Translations under genes and position numbers: made by a program
Notes under the pieces: model-generated
What the model was told of the DNA's origin: nothing
The model's database searches: none
What the model saw: only the letters and a program-made list of their open reading frames with translations
Assembly (NCBI GenBank): GCA_041650895.1
Contig: JBAZKF010000001.1
Location: forward strand, 637,181 to 701,180
Source of the DNA: Patescibacteria group bacterium
GTDB taxonomy: Bacteria; Patescibacteriota; Patescibacteriia; 2-01-FULL-39-33
Direction of reading: 5' to 3'
Length of the DNA stretch: 64,000 nucleotides
Shown: one piece after another, positions 20,960-30,363 of the stretch
How the letters are laid out: each line of letters starts with the position of its first letter
Position numbering within the stretch: the first letter of the stretch is position 1

Positions 20960-22099
20960 ATGAAATTATCTTGTACTCAGGAAAATCTTAATCAAGCAAT
21001 AAATGTTGTTTCCCATATAGCGGGTAAAAATTCTAATTTACCTATTTTAGCTAATATTTTAATTAAAGCAGAAAATAAGAATTTAACCCTATCAGCAACT
21101 AATTTAGAAGTTGGAGTAACAATTAATATTAGAAGTAAAGTGGAAAATGATGGAGAATTTTCAATTGATGCTAAATTACTTAATAATTATATTTCTTTAC
21201 TGCCAAAAGACAGAGTTGATTTGGAATTAATTAATGAAGAATTAAAAATTCAATGCCAAAAACAGAAAACTAAAATAAAAGGCCAAAATACCTCTGATTT
21301 TCCTTTAATACCTAAAATTGAAAAAGAAAATCCTTATATTATTTCAGCTAAAAAATTACGAGATGCTATTTATAGTGTATTTTTTTCAGCTGCTAATTCT
21401 GAATTAAGACCTGAATTATCAGGCGTTTTAATGGATTTTTCAGCTGATAAATTGATTTTAGCCGCTACTGATAGTTACCGTTTAGCTGAAATAAAAATTG
21501 ATTATATTGAGAATAATAAAAGTCCTAAACTTAATAATAATGAAAAAGTTATTATTCCCGCTAAATCATTACAGGAAATATCTCGTATTTTAAGTGTATT
21601 TAAAGATGATAATAATTTGGAAATAATTGAAAACATAGAAATTTATACTAATGAAAACCAAATTATGTTTGTTTATAATGGTGTAGAATTTATTTCTCGC
21701 CTAATTGATGGCCAATATCCTGATTATAATCAAATTATACCTGCAGAATGCCCAAATAAAATAAAAGTTAATATTAATGAATTAATTAAAGCAGTAAAAG
21801 CTGCTAGTTTATTTGTAAAAAATGGAGTATTTGATATTAAATTAGATTATAATAAATCTCCTAATGAATTAATAATTATATCTTCATCTTCCCAAACAGG
21901 AGAAAATGAATCAATAGTAGAAATGGAAAAAATCGGTCTAGGAAATGAAATAATTTTAAATTATAAGTACTTATTAGATGGATTACAGGTATTAAATTCA
22001 GAAAAAGTAGAATTTTCTATTAGTGATCCTAATAATCCTTGTATTATTAGGGGTAAAAATAATGATTATCTTTATTTAATTATGCCTATTAGGCAATAA
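20960..22099 (+). CDS. dnaN: DNA polymerase III beta sliding clamp
   Basis: Three-domain beta-clamp signature, MKLSCTQENLNQAINVVSHIAGKNSNLPIL. Confidence 0.85.
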   Translation: MKLSCTQENLNQAINVVSHIAGKNSNLPILANILIKAENKNLTLSATNLEVGVTINIRSKVENDGEFSIDAKLLNNYISLLPKDRVDLELINEELKIQCQKQKTKIKGQNTSDFPLIPKIEKENPYIISAKKLRDAIYSVFFSAANSELRPELSGVLMDFSADKLILAATDSYRLAEIKIDYIENNKSPKLNNNEKVIIPAKSLQEISRILSVFKDDNNLEIIENIEIYTNENQIMFVYNGVEFISRLIDGQYPDYNQIIPAECPNKIKVNINELIKAVKAASLFVKNGVFDIKLDYNKSPNELIIISSSSQTGENESIVEMEKIGLGNEIILNYKYLLDGLQVLNSEKVEFSISDPNNPCIIRGKNNDYLYLIMPIRQ

Positions 22100-22104
22100 T
22101 AATT

Positions 22105-22134
22105 AAAAAATCCTCCTAAAAGGAGGATTTTTTA
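22105..22134. terminator. bidirectional terminator
   Basis: AAAAAATCCTCCTAAAAGGAGGATTTTTT. Confidence 0.7.
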
Positions 22135-22887
22135 ATTATAGTTTCTATTCTTACCTACAATTAAATTTATTTTTTCTATTGCTAAATTTATTTTTATCGG
22201 ATTTTTAATAATTCTTTTTTCATCTATTAAAAGTATAGGAATTGATTTATCACTATCAATTTTTATTTTTTTTGCCTTAAAATAACTAAAAGATTCTTTT
22301 TGTTGAGAAAATATTTTTTTATTAACATTTTTTATTACTAAATTAAGCCAATTTTTATTATTAATTAAAGGTATTTTATTAATATAATCCCCATAGTAAA
22401 TATTACTAACTATTATAATACTATCTTTTTTATCAACACTAATATAATAATCATCATCACAATTAATATAAATATTATCACCAGACATCTCTAAATAAGA
22501 AATAAAATAATAATGATCATTTATTATTCCAAGATTTATTTTTTCTATAATTCTTTGTGATATAATATTACAAGCCTCCTCACCTTCTGGAATACCAAAA
22601 ATATTACATAAATTATTATTTGGTCCAATCGGTATAAAACCCAAGGTTAATGATAAATCAGGTAAAAGATTTATTATTTGATTTAGGGTTTTATCATTAC
22701 CTACTACCACTACTGTTTTTACACCTTGATTTAAATCTTCACGTAAAGTCAGTTTAAGATTTTTTAAAGGTGAAATCCTGGTTATTTTTCCATTAATACC
22801 AAAATCAGCCAGTCGTGACTCTATTTTAGAAAGAGTATTACTGTATTTAGCTTCATTTAGATAGTTATCGTAAATATAATAATACAT
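22132..22887 (-). CDS. diacylglycerol kinase catalytic-domain (DAGK_cat / YegS-like) lipid kinase
   Basis: VVVVGNDKT lines up with the family GGDGT motif; the LGFIPIGPNNNL loop is also present. Confidence 0.6.
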   Translation of the reverse strand: MYYYIYDNYLNEAKYSNTLSKIESRLADFGINGKITRISPLKNLKLTLREDLNQGVKTVVVVGNDKTLNQIINLLPDLSLTLGFIPIGPNNNLCNIFGIPEGEEACNIISQRIIEKINLGIINDHYYFISYLEMSGDNIYINCDDDYYISVDKKDSIIIVSNIYYGDYINKIPLINNKNWLNLVIKNVNKKIFSQQKESFSYFKAKKIKIDSDKSIPILLIDEKRIIKNPIKINLAIEKINLIVGKNRNYN

Positions 22888-22933
22888 AATTAATTAAAAT
22901 ATACCCGCGTTTTGACCGCGGGTATAGGATAAT

Positions 22934-23356
22934 TTATTGTTTATCAATTATTGGCGGCTTTAATTCCATTTTCTTTTGTTTCGTAGATTCCGGTTTAGGA
23001 CTGCGATCCTTATTATCATTCATAGTACATTTACCATTAATTAAAGCACCGCCGGCAATTGATAATATCCCTGTTTTTATATCACCGTAAATTCTGGCAG
23101 TTGATGTTAACTCTAATTTATTTTTTATACTAATATTTCCTTGTATTTCCCCGGCGATTAAAGCATTTTCTGCTCCAATATTAGCGAATATTTTTGAATC
23201 TGGGCCTACTTTAAGATTTTTACTTGTTTTAATGGTGCCGCAAATCATACCCTCAACAATAATATTGCCTTCAGTAATAAAATCACCTTCGACTTTTACT
23301 GATGGACCGATAATAGTATCTGTCTCATTTATTAATGGTTGGTTTTCTTTAAACAT
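22934..23356 (-). CDS. bactofilin (polymer-forming cytoskeletal protein)
   Basis: Repetitive beta-helical segments (IIGPSVKVEGDFITEGNIIVEG..) typical of the DUF583 / bactofilin family. Confidence 0.75.
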   Translation of the reverse strand: MFKENQPLINETDTIIGPSVKVEGDFITEGNIIVEGMICGTIKTSKNLKVGPDSKIFANIGAENALIAGEIQGNISIKNKLELTSTARIYGDIKTGILSIAGGALINGKCTMNDNKDRSPKPESTKQKKMELKPPIIDKQ

Positions 23357-23468
23357 AATAATTTATTAATATAGTTATATTATATAACAATTATCCCTGG
23401 ATTAAAATATGGAAAAGTCAAGTATTAATAATTCATTTATTTTTAATATTCTGTTATAATATAGTTAT

Positions 23469-23906
23469 ATGACTAATTCTTTCCTAAAAACAAAATTAAA
23501 CTCAGAAAACGAAAAAACCCAAGAAAATAATGATTTTATCGGGTATTTTGGTAATAATCCTCAATGGTTTGATGGGGAAGCACAATTATCTTGCGATGTT
23601 TATGAGACAAAAAATGATATTATTGTCAGGACTACGGTTGCCGGAGTCAAACCTGAAAATTTGGATATTTCCATTTCTAATGATTTATTAACTATCCGAG
23701 GATCGCGTCAACAAGAAGAAGAAGTTAATAAAGAAGATTATTATTCTCAAGAGTGTTATTGGGGAGCCTTTTCCCGCTCAATTGTTTTACCAAGAGAAGT
23801 TGATCAAAAGAAAATAGATGCTAATCTTAAAAATGGCGTATTAACAATAAAACTTCCTAAAAAATATAAGACGTCAGGGATAAAAATAAGGCAAATAAAT
23901 GAGTAG
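23469..23906 (+). CDS. Hsp20/alpha-crystallin family small heat-shock protein
   Basis: Alpha-crystallin domain LSCDVYETKNDIIVRTTVAGVKPENLDISI...GAFSRSIVLP...NGVLTIKLPK. Confidence 0.8.
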   Translation: MTNSFLKTKLNSENEKTQENNDFIGYFGNNPQWFDGEAQLSCDVYETKNDIIVRTTVAGVKPENLDISISNDLLTIRGSRQQEEEVNKEDYYSQECYWGAFSRSIVLPREVDQKKIDANLKNGVLTIKLPKKYKTSGIKIRQINE

Positions 23907-23909
23907 TTT

Positions 23910-24137
23910 ATGAATAATCAGGAAAAAGGAGTTATTATAAATCAAGAAGGTGATTCATTTATAATAAAATTTAATGATGGACGAGAATTGCCTTGGCCTA
24001 AGAAAAATATTAATTGGGTAATTAAAGAAGGTGAAATAGTAAAAGTTACTGTTTCCCCACAAGTACTGGAGAATGATTTTCAGGAAGATCAGGCTAAAAA
24101 TCTATTAAAAACAATTTTTCAAACAAATAATGCTTGA
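23910..24137 (+). CDS. hypothetical small protein
   Basis: Tight spacing between hsp20 and the vanW-like gene. No recognisable motifs. Confidence 0.35.
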   Translation: MNNQEKGVIINQEGDSFIIKFNDGRELPWPKKNINWVIKEGEIVKVTVSPQVLENDFQEDQAKNLLKTIFQTNNA

Positions 24138-26010
24138 AGATTTACTGAAGAAAATTCAGTTAAATAAGATTAATAATAAAATAAGCGGCCACTGGTTAAT
24201 AATATTTTCTCTAGCCGTTGTTTTTTTAATTTTATTTATTTTTATTATTTCTTTTGAATTGGTTTATGCCGCTAAATTTTTACCCCATAGCCGTATCGGC
24301 TCAATTGATTTATCAAATTTAAGTATTGGTCAGGCATTGGATAAAGTTGAAAATAAAGCCAATGAAATAAATCAAAATGGCTTTAGTTTCATTTATCAAA
24401 ATGATAATCAAGATAAGATTTCACCTTTGGAAATACCGGAAGATCCTGATGTTTCAGGGGTTGATTTATTATTTTATGATATTCATCAAACAGTTTATAG
24501 TAACTTTCAATTAGGGCATAATAATAATTTTATTTTAAGTGTAGCTCAGCAATTAGGTATTCTCTCTGGTCATAAAAAGCTATCCGCCTCTTACAAATTA
24601 AATGAAGAGCTTTTAATTAAACTGTTAAAACAGCAATTTAAATTATTAGAACAACCAGCAATGAATGCCCGACCAAATATTCAATGCGAAAGAGAAGATT
24701 GCCAAATAACTATTTTACCGGAAAAACAAGGATGGGTTATTGATTATAATAGTATTATTAAAGAAATAAAAAATAATCTTGATCAATTAGAAAATAGACC
24801 GATAAAAATCAACCCAATTATTTCTCAACCAGAAATAAAACAATCAGATATAGGCGATAAAAAAAATAAAATACAAACTATTTTAATTTCTTCCAGTACA
24901 GAATTTATTTATCAAGATAAAAAATGGGTTTTGAGTAAAAAAAGCCTAAGTCAGTTTTTAGATTTTCAAAAAGTGAATAATCAAATAGTTATCGGTATTA
25001 ATCAAGACAAATTTTTTGACTGGTTTAAATTGAATATTAGTTCAGAATTGGATAAGCCGGCTAAAAATGCTTCTTTAGAAATAAAGAATGGCAAAGTAAA
25101 TAAATTATCAACTCATCAGAACGGACTGGAAGCGGATAAAGAAAAAGCTTATAATGATTTTAATCAAAAAATGATTAATAGTGATTATTCAGTTAATCAA
25201 ATAATTATAACTACCAGAGAGATTTATCCTGAAGTGACGACCGACCAAGTTAATGATCTTGGTATTAAGGAAATTATCGGTACCGGACAATCATCATTTG
25301 CCGGCAGTCCGACTAACCGCCGGAAAAATATTAAAAATGGCGCCGCCAAACTTCATGGCTTATTAATCAAGCCGGAAGAAGAATTTTCTTTAATTAAAGC
25401 TTTACTGCCGATAGATGCGGCCAATGGTTATTTTCCTGAATTAGTGATTAAAGGCAATAAAACTACAGCTGAATACGGCGGAGGATTATGCCAAATCGGT
25501 ACTACTGTTTTTCGTTCCGCCTTAGCTTCCGGCCTACCTATCTTAGAACGGCAAAACCATTCTTATAATGTGACTTATTATTTAGAAAGTGGCTTACCAG
25601 GAGTTGATGCTACAATTTATGATCCGAAACCTGATTTAAGATTTAGAAATGATACTGGCAATTATATTTTAATTCAAGCCAGAATAGAAGGTGATAAGCT
25701 ATATTTTGATTTTTGGGGAATTAACGATGGGCGCACTACTACTAGGACAAAACCTAAAACATGGGGTGTTAAGGTTCCATTACCAACAAAAATTATTGAG
25801 ACTACTGATTTAGATCCTGGAGTGAAAAAATGTACTGAGAGTTCACATAATGGCATTAGCGCGTCTTTTGACTATATAGTGGTATATGGTGATGGAAAAA
25901 CAGTTACTAGCACTTTTACCTCAGTTTACAAACCTTGGCAAGCGGTATGCCTGGTTGGAGTGGCTACTGAACAAGCATCTAGTACAGAAGTAATAGAAAC
26001 TAGTAATTAA
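24130..26010 (+). CDS. VanW-family protein (N-terminal TM, peptidoglycan-associated)
   Basis: VanW-domain core GGGLCQIGTTVFRSALASGLPILERQNHSY. Confidence 0.7.
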   Translation: MLEDLLKKIQLNKINNKISGHWLIIFSLAVVFLILFIFIISFELVYAAKFLPHSRIGSIDLSNLSIGQALDKVENKANEINQNGFSFIYQNDNQDKISPLEIPEDPDVSGVDLLFYDIHQTVYSNFQLGHNNNFILSVAQQLGILSGHKKLSASYKLNEELLIKLLKQQFKLLEQPAMNARPNIQCEREDCQITILPEKQGWVIDYNSIIKEIKNNLDQLENRPIKINPIISQPEIKQSDIGDKKNKIQTILISSSTEFIYQDKKWVLSKKSLSQFLDFQKVNNQIVIGINQDKFFDWFKLNISSELDKPAKNASLEIKNGKVNKLSTHQNGLEADKEKAYNDFNQKMINSDYSVNQIIITTREIYPEVTTDQVNDLGIKEIIGTGQSSFAGSPTNRRKNIKNGAAKLHGLLIKPEEEFSLIKALLPIDAANGYFPELVIKGNKTTAEYGGGLCQIGTTVFRSALASGLPILERQNHSYNVTYYLESGLPGVDATIYDPKPDLRFRNDTGNYILIQARIEGDKLYFDFWGINDGRTTTRTKPKTWGVKVPLPTKIIETTDLDPGVKKCTESSHNGISASFDYIVVYGDGKTVTSTFTSVYKPWQAVCLVGVATEQASSTEVIETSN

Positions 26011-26152
26011 ATAAGTATTATAAATGATTAATAATAAAAATAATACCCAAGTTTTGGTGTTATTTTTATTGGATGTAGATTATTATATTGAGAATTTAAA
26101 CCCCTTATTTTAAGATATTAAGTGGTGGTATTGGGTTATTTGTGAACTGGGA

Positions 26153-26181
26153 TTGACAAAACAATGTTAATTTGCTATGAT
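26153..26181 (+). promoter_or_regulatory. sigma70-like promoter TTGACA-N17-TATGAT
   Basis: Consensus -35 and near-consensus -10 with 17-nt spacing, directly upstream of the duplicated-leader small ORFs. Confidence 0.5.
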
Positions 26182-26224
26182 TATAACTCAAGAAAGTTGA
26201 ACTTTAACAAAGAGGAGAAATAAA

Positions 26225-26323
26225 GTGAAATACTTAATAAGAATTAAATGGATACCATATCTTGTTATGGTTATATTTGTGGGCATTATTGCGATATTTT
26301 GTGTTTTAGTGGGTTGGATGTAG
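26225..26323 (+). CDS. putative 32-aa hydrophobic membrane peptide (GTG start)
   Basis: (M)KYLIRIKWIPYLVMVIFVGIIAIFCVLVGWM. Preceded by a 25-nt leader that is identical to the one before the next ORF. Confidence 0.3.
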   Translation: MKYLIRIKWIPYLVMVIFVGIIAIFCVLVGWM

Positions 26324-26429
26324 GAAGGAAGCTGATTATGCCGTTTTGTTCACATGGATATAATTAAGATAGAGGATGTTGGATATGTAATAAATAAGTT
26401 GAACTTTAACAAAGAGGAGAGACAAGTTT

Positions 26430-26804
26430 ATGCCTATGAAAATGATATGGCGATGTAATAGTTGTGGTGAACATGGTTATACTGGAGAAAAAATTCCTAA
26501 AAAATGTCCTGCCTGTAGGAGTATATTTATATGGAATTGTAATGATAAGGTTATGAGAGTAGTATATTTTAAAAATCTTAGGACTAGAAAATATTTTCTT
26601 GAGTTTGATGGAGGAACACGAGTAGAGATTTGCGAAAAAACATTACCATTTCGTCGTTATCGTGGTGGTTTCACTGGAAATTACCTTGCAAATAAAGAAG
26701 TAGTAGAACAGGTTTTTAGAAATATTGATTTTATGATAAAGAATCTTCTTAAAACACTTGGTTATGGTGATATAGAAATTGTCGAAGTGCCCAAGTTTAG
26801 GTAA
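26430..26804 (+). CDS. hypothetical zinc-ribbon protein
   Basis: CNSCGEHGY...CPACRS; same leader/SD as the preceding peptide. Terminator at 26818-26848. Confidence 0.45.
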   Translation: MPMKMIWRCNSCGEHGYTGEKIPKKCPACRSIFIWNCNDKVMRVVYFKNLRTRKYFLEFDGGTRVEICEKTLPFRRYRGGFTGNYLANKEVVEQVFRNIDFMIKNLLKTLGYGDIEIVEVPKFR

Positions 26805-26817
26805 ACCACTGTTTATT

Positions 26818-26848
26818 GAGACTCTGAAATGTGAGTCTCTTTTTTTTA
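26818..26848 (+). terminator. rho-independent terminator
   Basis: GAGACTCTGAAATGTGAGTCTC followed by T9. Confidence 0.7.
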
Positions 26849-26899
26849 TTCTCAAAAATAAGGTTTAATTTTATCCTTGGGTGTAATACAAAAAACACC

Positions 26900-27080
26900 C
26901 TTAATAAAATAAGGATGTTTTTGTTAGTATTATCACTGGGAATTCCGCACGCCGCTTTCGCGGCGCTTGTCTTGGGTTGGCGTCAAATACTCTTAATGGT
27001 CGTATTTGCCGATGCTCACTGCGCGGCTCTCGCCGCTAGTTTGTTTCCAACCTGTTCGGTTTACTTAATAATAATTATTA
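26900..27080. ncRNA. candidate structured small RNA (GC-rich island between two terminators; strand undetermined)
   Basis: ~60% GC in an AT-rich context. Contains GNRA-tetraloop hairpins GCCGC-GAAA-GCGGC and GCGGC-GAGA-GCCGC (minus-strand reading). Flanked by hairpin terminators at 26818 and 27084. The overlapping ORF 26831-27154 is implausible. Confidence 0.3.
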
Positions 27081-27083
27081 TGC

Positions 27084-27116
27084 TTAAAACAGCATCCATT
27101 TATGGATGCTGTTTTA
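27084..27116. terminator. bidirectional hairpin terminator
   Basis: AAAACAGCATCCATTTATGGATGCTGTTTT. Confidence 0.6.
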
Positions 27117-27124
27117 ATTATCTG

Positions 27125-27196
27125 TACCGCCACGGGGAGTCGAACCCCGCTTAACGGATTGAAAACCCGCTGTCCTAACCGATAGACGATGGCGGC
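27125..27196 (-). tRNA. tRNA-Glu(UUC)
   Basis: Minus strand reads GCCGCCA TC GTCT ATCGGTTA GGAC A GCGGG TTTTCAA TCCGT TAAG CGGGG TTCGACT CCCCG TGGCGGT A. The anticodon is TTC. Confidence 0.7.
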
Positions 27197-27263
27197 AAAT
27201 TTTTGCCTGAAAATTTAAGATACTTTTCCAGTATAATCTATTTTTCTTTTTTTGTCAAGAAGT

Positions 27264-28403
27264 TTATTCCTTTCCCAAGGCGCCGGAAGTGTATTTATTA
27301 CCAGCATTCCATAATAACCAACCGGAGGTGTTATTTTCGTCAGCTGCTTTGATTTGAGCTTTTATCATACTGGCTGTATAAACGGCTCCCATATTAAAAT
27401 CTTGTAACCAAGGCCGGCTTTGCGCCGTAGAGGAAGCGGCGGCAATCATAATATTGCCGTCTCGCATAGCTTTATTGACTATTTCATACGGGTGAGCCGC
27501 AGGATTATCAAACCCCATAATGCCGGAATAATAATGAGAAGGATAAACCATAGGCGAAATGTAATCGAAGTATTTAGCTGCATCAGTCAGTCTTTGCCCG
27601 ATACCTAAGTCATAGTTAGGATCGCTCCTTTGCCAATAAGTCAAGCCGAATAGATCAATAGACAAAGGAATATCTATATTGCGTAACTCAGTTTTTAAGT
27701 AAGAAAAAAAATCGTTTAATATTTCAAAACGTTTTTTTTCCGGCGGAAAATTACTGTAACTGATTGTTTTAATATTGCCGTCAGATGGAAAACGAATATA
27801 ATCAAATTGAATTTCATCAAAACCGATTTCTTTAGCCTCTTTGGCTTGTCTGACCACTAAATCCCAGGAAGTAGGATTAGTCATGTCCAACCAAGAAATT
27901 CCGCGATTATCCAGCCAAATGCCACCGCCAGCATTCCTTAAGGCTAAATTTTTAAATGTTGCTACAGCCGTTGGATCTTGAAAGGTAGTGATTCTGGCAA
28001 TAGTATAAATATTTTTATCCTGCAAGTCGGTAATGATTTTTTTATAATCCGTATAAGCTAATGATGCCTTGGAAATCGGCCAGTTCCTTAATACTTCATC
28101 CTGCGGCTCAAACATTAATTTGCCTGCAGGATCTTTGAAATCAATTACTAAAGTATTAAGTTCGGTATTTTCCACTAAATCAATCAATCGCTGGCGAAAA
28201 CTCAAGCTACTAAAGGCATAACCGGTCATATAAATTCCTTTGACTTTTTCCGGCGTAGGCAATGATTTAATTGTAATAATTTCATTCTCTTTTGTAATTT
28301 GTTGCGACTCAGCCGCGTGACGCGGTGAAAAATAAAAGATAGTTATCAATATAGCAACTATGATTATACTGACAGCTATGATTACTTTATGATTTTTAGT
28401 CAT
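27264..28403 (-). CDS. secreted/anchored TIM-barrel glycoside-hydrolase-like protein (GHL10/DUF4015-like)
   Basis: N-terminal signal anchor MTKNHKVIIAVSIIIVAILITIF. Family-like motifs IYMTGY..LVIDFKD...WLD. Start chosen at the first ATG; the ORF-track start is a TTG. Confidence 0.5.
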   Translation of the reverse strand: MTKNHKVIIAVSIIIVAILITIFYFSPRHAAESQQITKENEIITIKSLPTPEKVKGIYMTGYAFSSLSFRQRLIDLVENTELNTLVIDFKDPAGKLMFEPQDEVLRNWPISKASLAYTDYKKIITDLQDKNIYTIARITTFQDPTAVATFKNLALRNAGGGIWLDNRGISWLDMTNPTSWDLVVRQAKEAKEIGFDEIQFDYIRFPSDGNIKTISYSNFPPEKKRFEILNDFFSYLKTELRNIDIPLSIDLFGLTYWQRSDPNYDLGIGQRLTDAAKYFDYISPMVYPSHYYSGIMGFDNPAAHPYEIVNKAMRDGNIMIAAASSTAQSRPWLQDFNMGAVYTASMIKAQIKAADENNTSGWLLWNAGNKYTSGALGKE

Positions 28404-28511
28404 AGAATAGCAATTAGCATTATCAATCAAACCCAAAGTCTTTGTCTTTTCTTGAATTATACCTCAAATATTGCCAAAAGACTAATTTTCGGGTAAATTT
28501 AATGTAAGATT

Positions 28512-29543
28512 ATGAAAATTTTAGCCTTAGAAACATCTTGTGACGAAACTTCCGCCGCTATCATCAAAGCTGATCGCGGTCAGTTGGAAATAATGTCCAA
28601 TATTATTTCTTCACAAATAGACATCCATAAAAAATACGGTGGAGTAGTGCCGGAAATAGCCGCGCGTCATCATATTAAAAATGTTTTACCGGTAGTAATG
28701 GAAACTTTGACTAAAGCCAATATTAAACCCCAAAATATTGATTTATTAGCTGTGGTTTCCGGACCGGGATTAGTAACCTCACTGGTGGTGGGATTAGAAA
28801 CGGCTAAAGGTCTGTCTTTAGCCTGGCACAAACCCCTTTTGGCTGTTAATCATATGTACGCGCACATTGCCGCTAATTTTTTAGATGCTAATTTGTCCTT
28901 CCCCGCGGTCTGTTTAGTGGTATCCGGCGGTCATACGGAAATAGTGGTATTGGATAGTTATTATAAATATACAAAAATCGGCCAGACAGTCGATGACGCT
29001 GTGGGTGAAGCGTTTGATAAAGTAGCCAAGTTATTAGATCTGGGTTATCCAGGCGGTCCGGCGATTTCTCATTTAGCCGAGGAATATGCCAACAGTAATA
29101 AAATGTATAAGAAGATTAATTTGCCCCGACCCATGCTAAAATCAAATGATTTCAATTTTAGTTTTTCCGGACTTAAAACAGCAGTCTTATATACCGCTCA
29201 AAAAGTTCGTCATATTGATAATGGTTTTCGTTCGGCTATGGCTTATGAATTTCAAGAAGCAGTAGTGGAAGTCTTGGTAAGTAAGACAATTAAGGCCGCC
29301 AAAAAGTATCAAGTAAAAACAATTATTATGGCTGGAGGTGTTGCCGCCAATAAGCGCCTAAGGGCAGAATTAAAGTTACAAGCAGAGAAATTAGGATTAA
29401 AATTTACTGTACCGGAATTCAAGCTTTGTACTGATAATGCCGCCATGGCGGGTATAGCCGCTTATTATCTCTCAACCAAAAAAAAAGTTCCGATGGATAA
29501 TTACAAAAGAGCTACGGCCAATCCAAATTGGGAATTAATTTAG
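28512..29543 (+). CDS. tsaD: tRNA N6-adenosine threonylcarbamoyltransferase TsaD
   Basis: MKILALETSCDETSAAI N-terminus and the Kae1/TsaD metal-binding HH motif. Confidence 0.85.
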   Translation: MKILALETSCDETSAAIIKADRGQLEIMSNIISSQIDIHKKYGGVVPEIAARHHIKNVLPVVMETLTKANIKPQNIDLLAVVSGPGLVTSLVVGLETAKGLSLAWHKPLLAVNHMYAHIAANFLDANLSFPAVCLVVSGGHTEIVVLDSYYKYTKIGQTVDDAVGEAFDKVAKLLDLGYPGGPAISHLAEEYANSNKMYKKINLPRPMLKSNDFNFSFSGLKTAVLYTAQKVRHIDNGFRSAMAYEFQEAVVEVLVSKTIKAAKKYQVKTIIMAGGVAANKRLRAELKLQAEKLGLKFTVPEFKLCTDNAAMAGIAAYYLSTKKKVPMDNYKRATANPNWELI

Positions 29544-29581
29544 TTTGTAAGATTACAAACCAGTAGTAAAATCAGGATTTT

Positions 29582-30010
29582 ATGAAATTTGTCTCTTATT
29601 CTGAAAAAGAAACATTCAACTTTGCTAAAAAATTCGCCCGGCAATTATTAGGCGGAGAAGTTTTGTGTTTGATTGGTGATTTGGGCGCCGGCAAAACCGC
29701 TTTCACTAAGGGTTTGGCGGCAGGATTAGGAATTAAAAGCATTATTACCAGTCCAACTTTTGTATTAATGAAGAATTATCAGCTCAGTGGTGGACATAAA
29801 ACAATTAAGCACTTAGCACATATTGACGCCTATCGTTTGACTGACGGGGAACAGCTTGCGGCTATCGGCGCGCTTGATTATTTATCCGATTCAGATTGTA
29901 TAACAGTAATTGAGTGGGCTGATCGCGTTCGCAATGTTTGGCCGAAGAAGATGATTAAAATAGAGTTTAAAATATTGAAAGGCGATAAGAGAGAGATTAA
30001 AGTTAGCTAA
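29582..30010 (+). CDS. tsaE: tRNA threonylcarbamoyladenosine biosynthesis ATPase TsaE
   Basis: Walker A GDLGAGKTAFTKGLA; adjacent to tsaD. Confidence 0.8.
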   Translation: MKFVSYSEKETFNFAKKFARQLLGGEVLCLIGDLGAGKTAFTKGLAAGLGIKSIITSPTFVLMKNYQLSGGHKTIKHLAHIDAYRLTDGEQLAAIGALDYLSDSDCITVIEWADRVRNVWPKKMIKIEFKILKGDKREIKVS

Positions 30011-30019
30011 TTCAAAAAT

Positions 30020-30355
30020 ATGAAATGTTTTTTGCATGCTAAAATTCATAAAGCAACCGTTACAAAAGCGGATGTTTCTTATATAGGCAGTATTACTATT
30101 GATAAAAACTTGCTAAAGAAAGTCGGAATTATGCCGGGTGAAAAAGTATTAGTAACCAGCAATACTACCGGAGCCCGTTTAGAAACTTATGTGATTAAAG
30201 GTGGGGCGGGAGAAGTCTGTATGAATGGAGCGGCAGCTCATTTGATTAAGGCGGGAGAAGAAGTTATTATTATGGCTTTTGAGTGGTCGAAAAAAATAAT
30301 CAAATCAAAAATTATTTTAGTTGATAAAAATAATGAATTTGTTAAAAATCTTTAA
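30020..30355 (+). CDS. panD: aspartate 1-decarboxylase (pyruvoyl-dependent)
   Basis: MKCFLHAKIHKATVTKADVSYIGSITID contains the G-S self-processing site. Confidence 0.8.
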   Translation: MKCFLHAKIHKATVTKADVSYIGSITIDKNLLKKVGIMPGEKVLVTSNTTGARLETYVIKGGAGEVCMNGAAAHLIKAGEEVIIMAFEWSKKIIKSKIILVDKNNEFVKNL

Positions 30356-30363
30356 TTTTATTT

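Noticed and set aside
27125-27196. Alternative anticodon reading TCA (UGA suppressor / recoded stop) for the tRNA called Glu
   Set aside because: Canonical 7-nt loop phasing gives UUC. Long ORFs are intact under the standard code, and one gene (48196-49440) ends in TGA.
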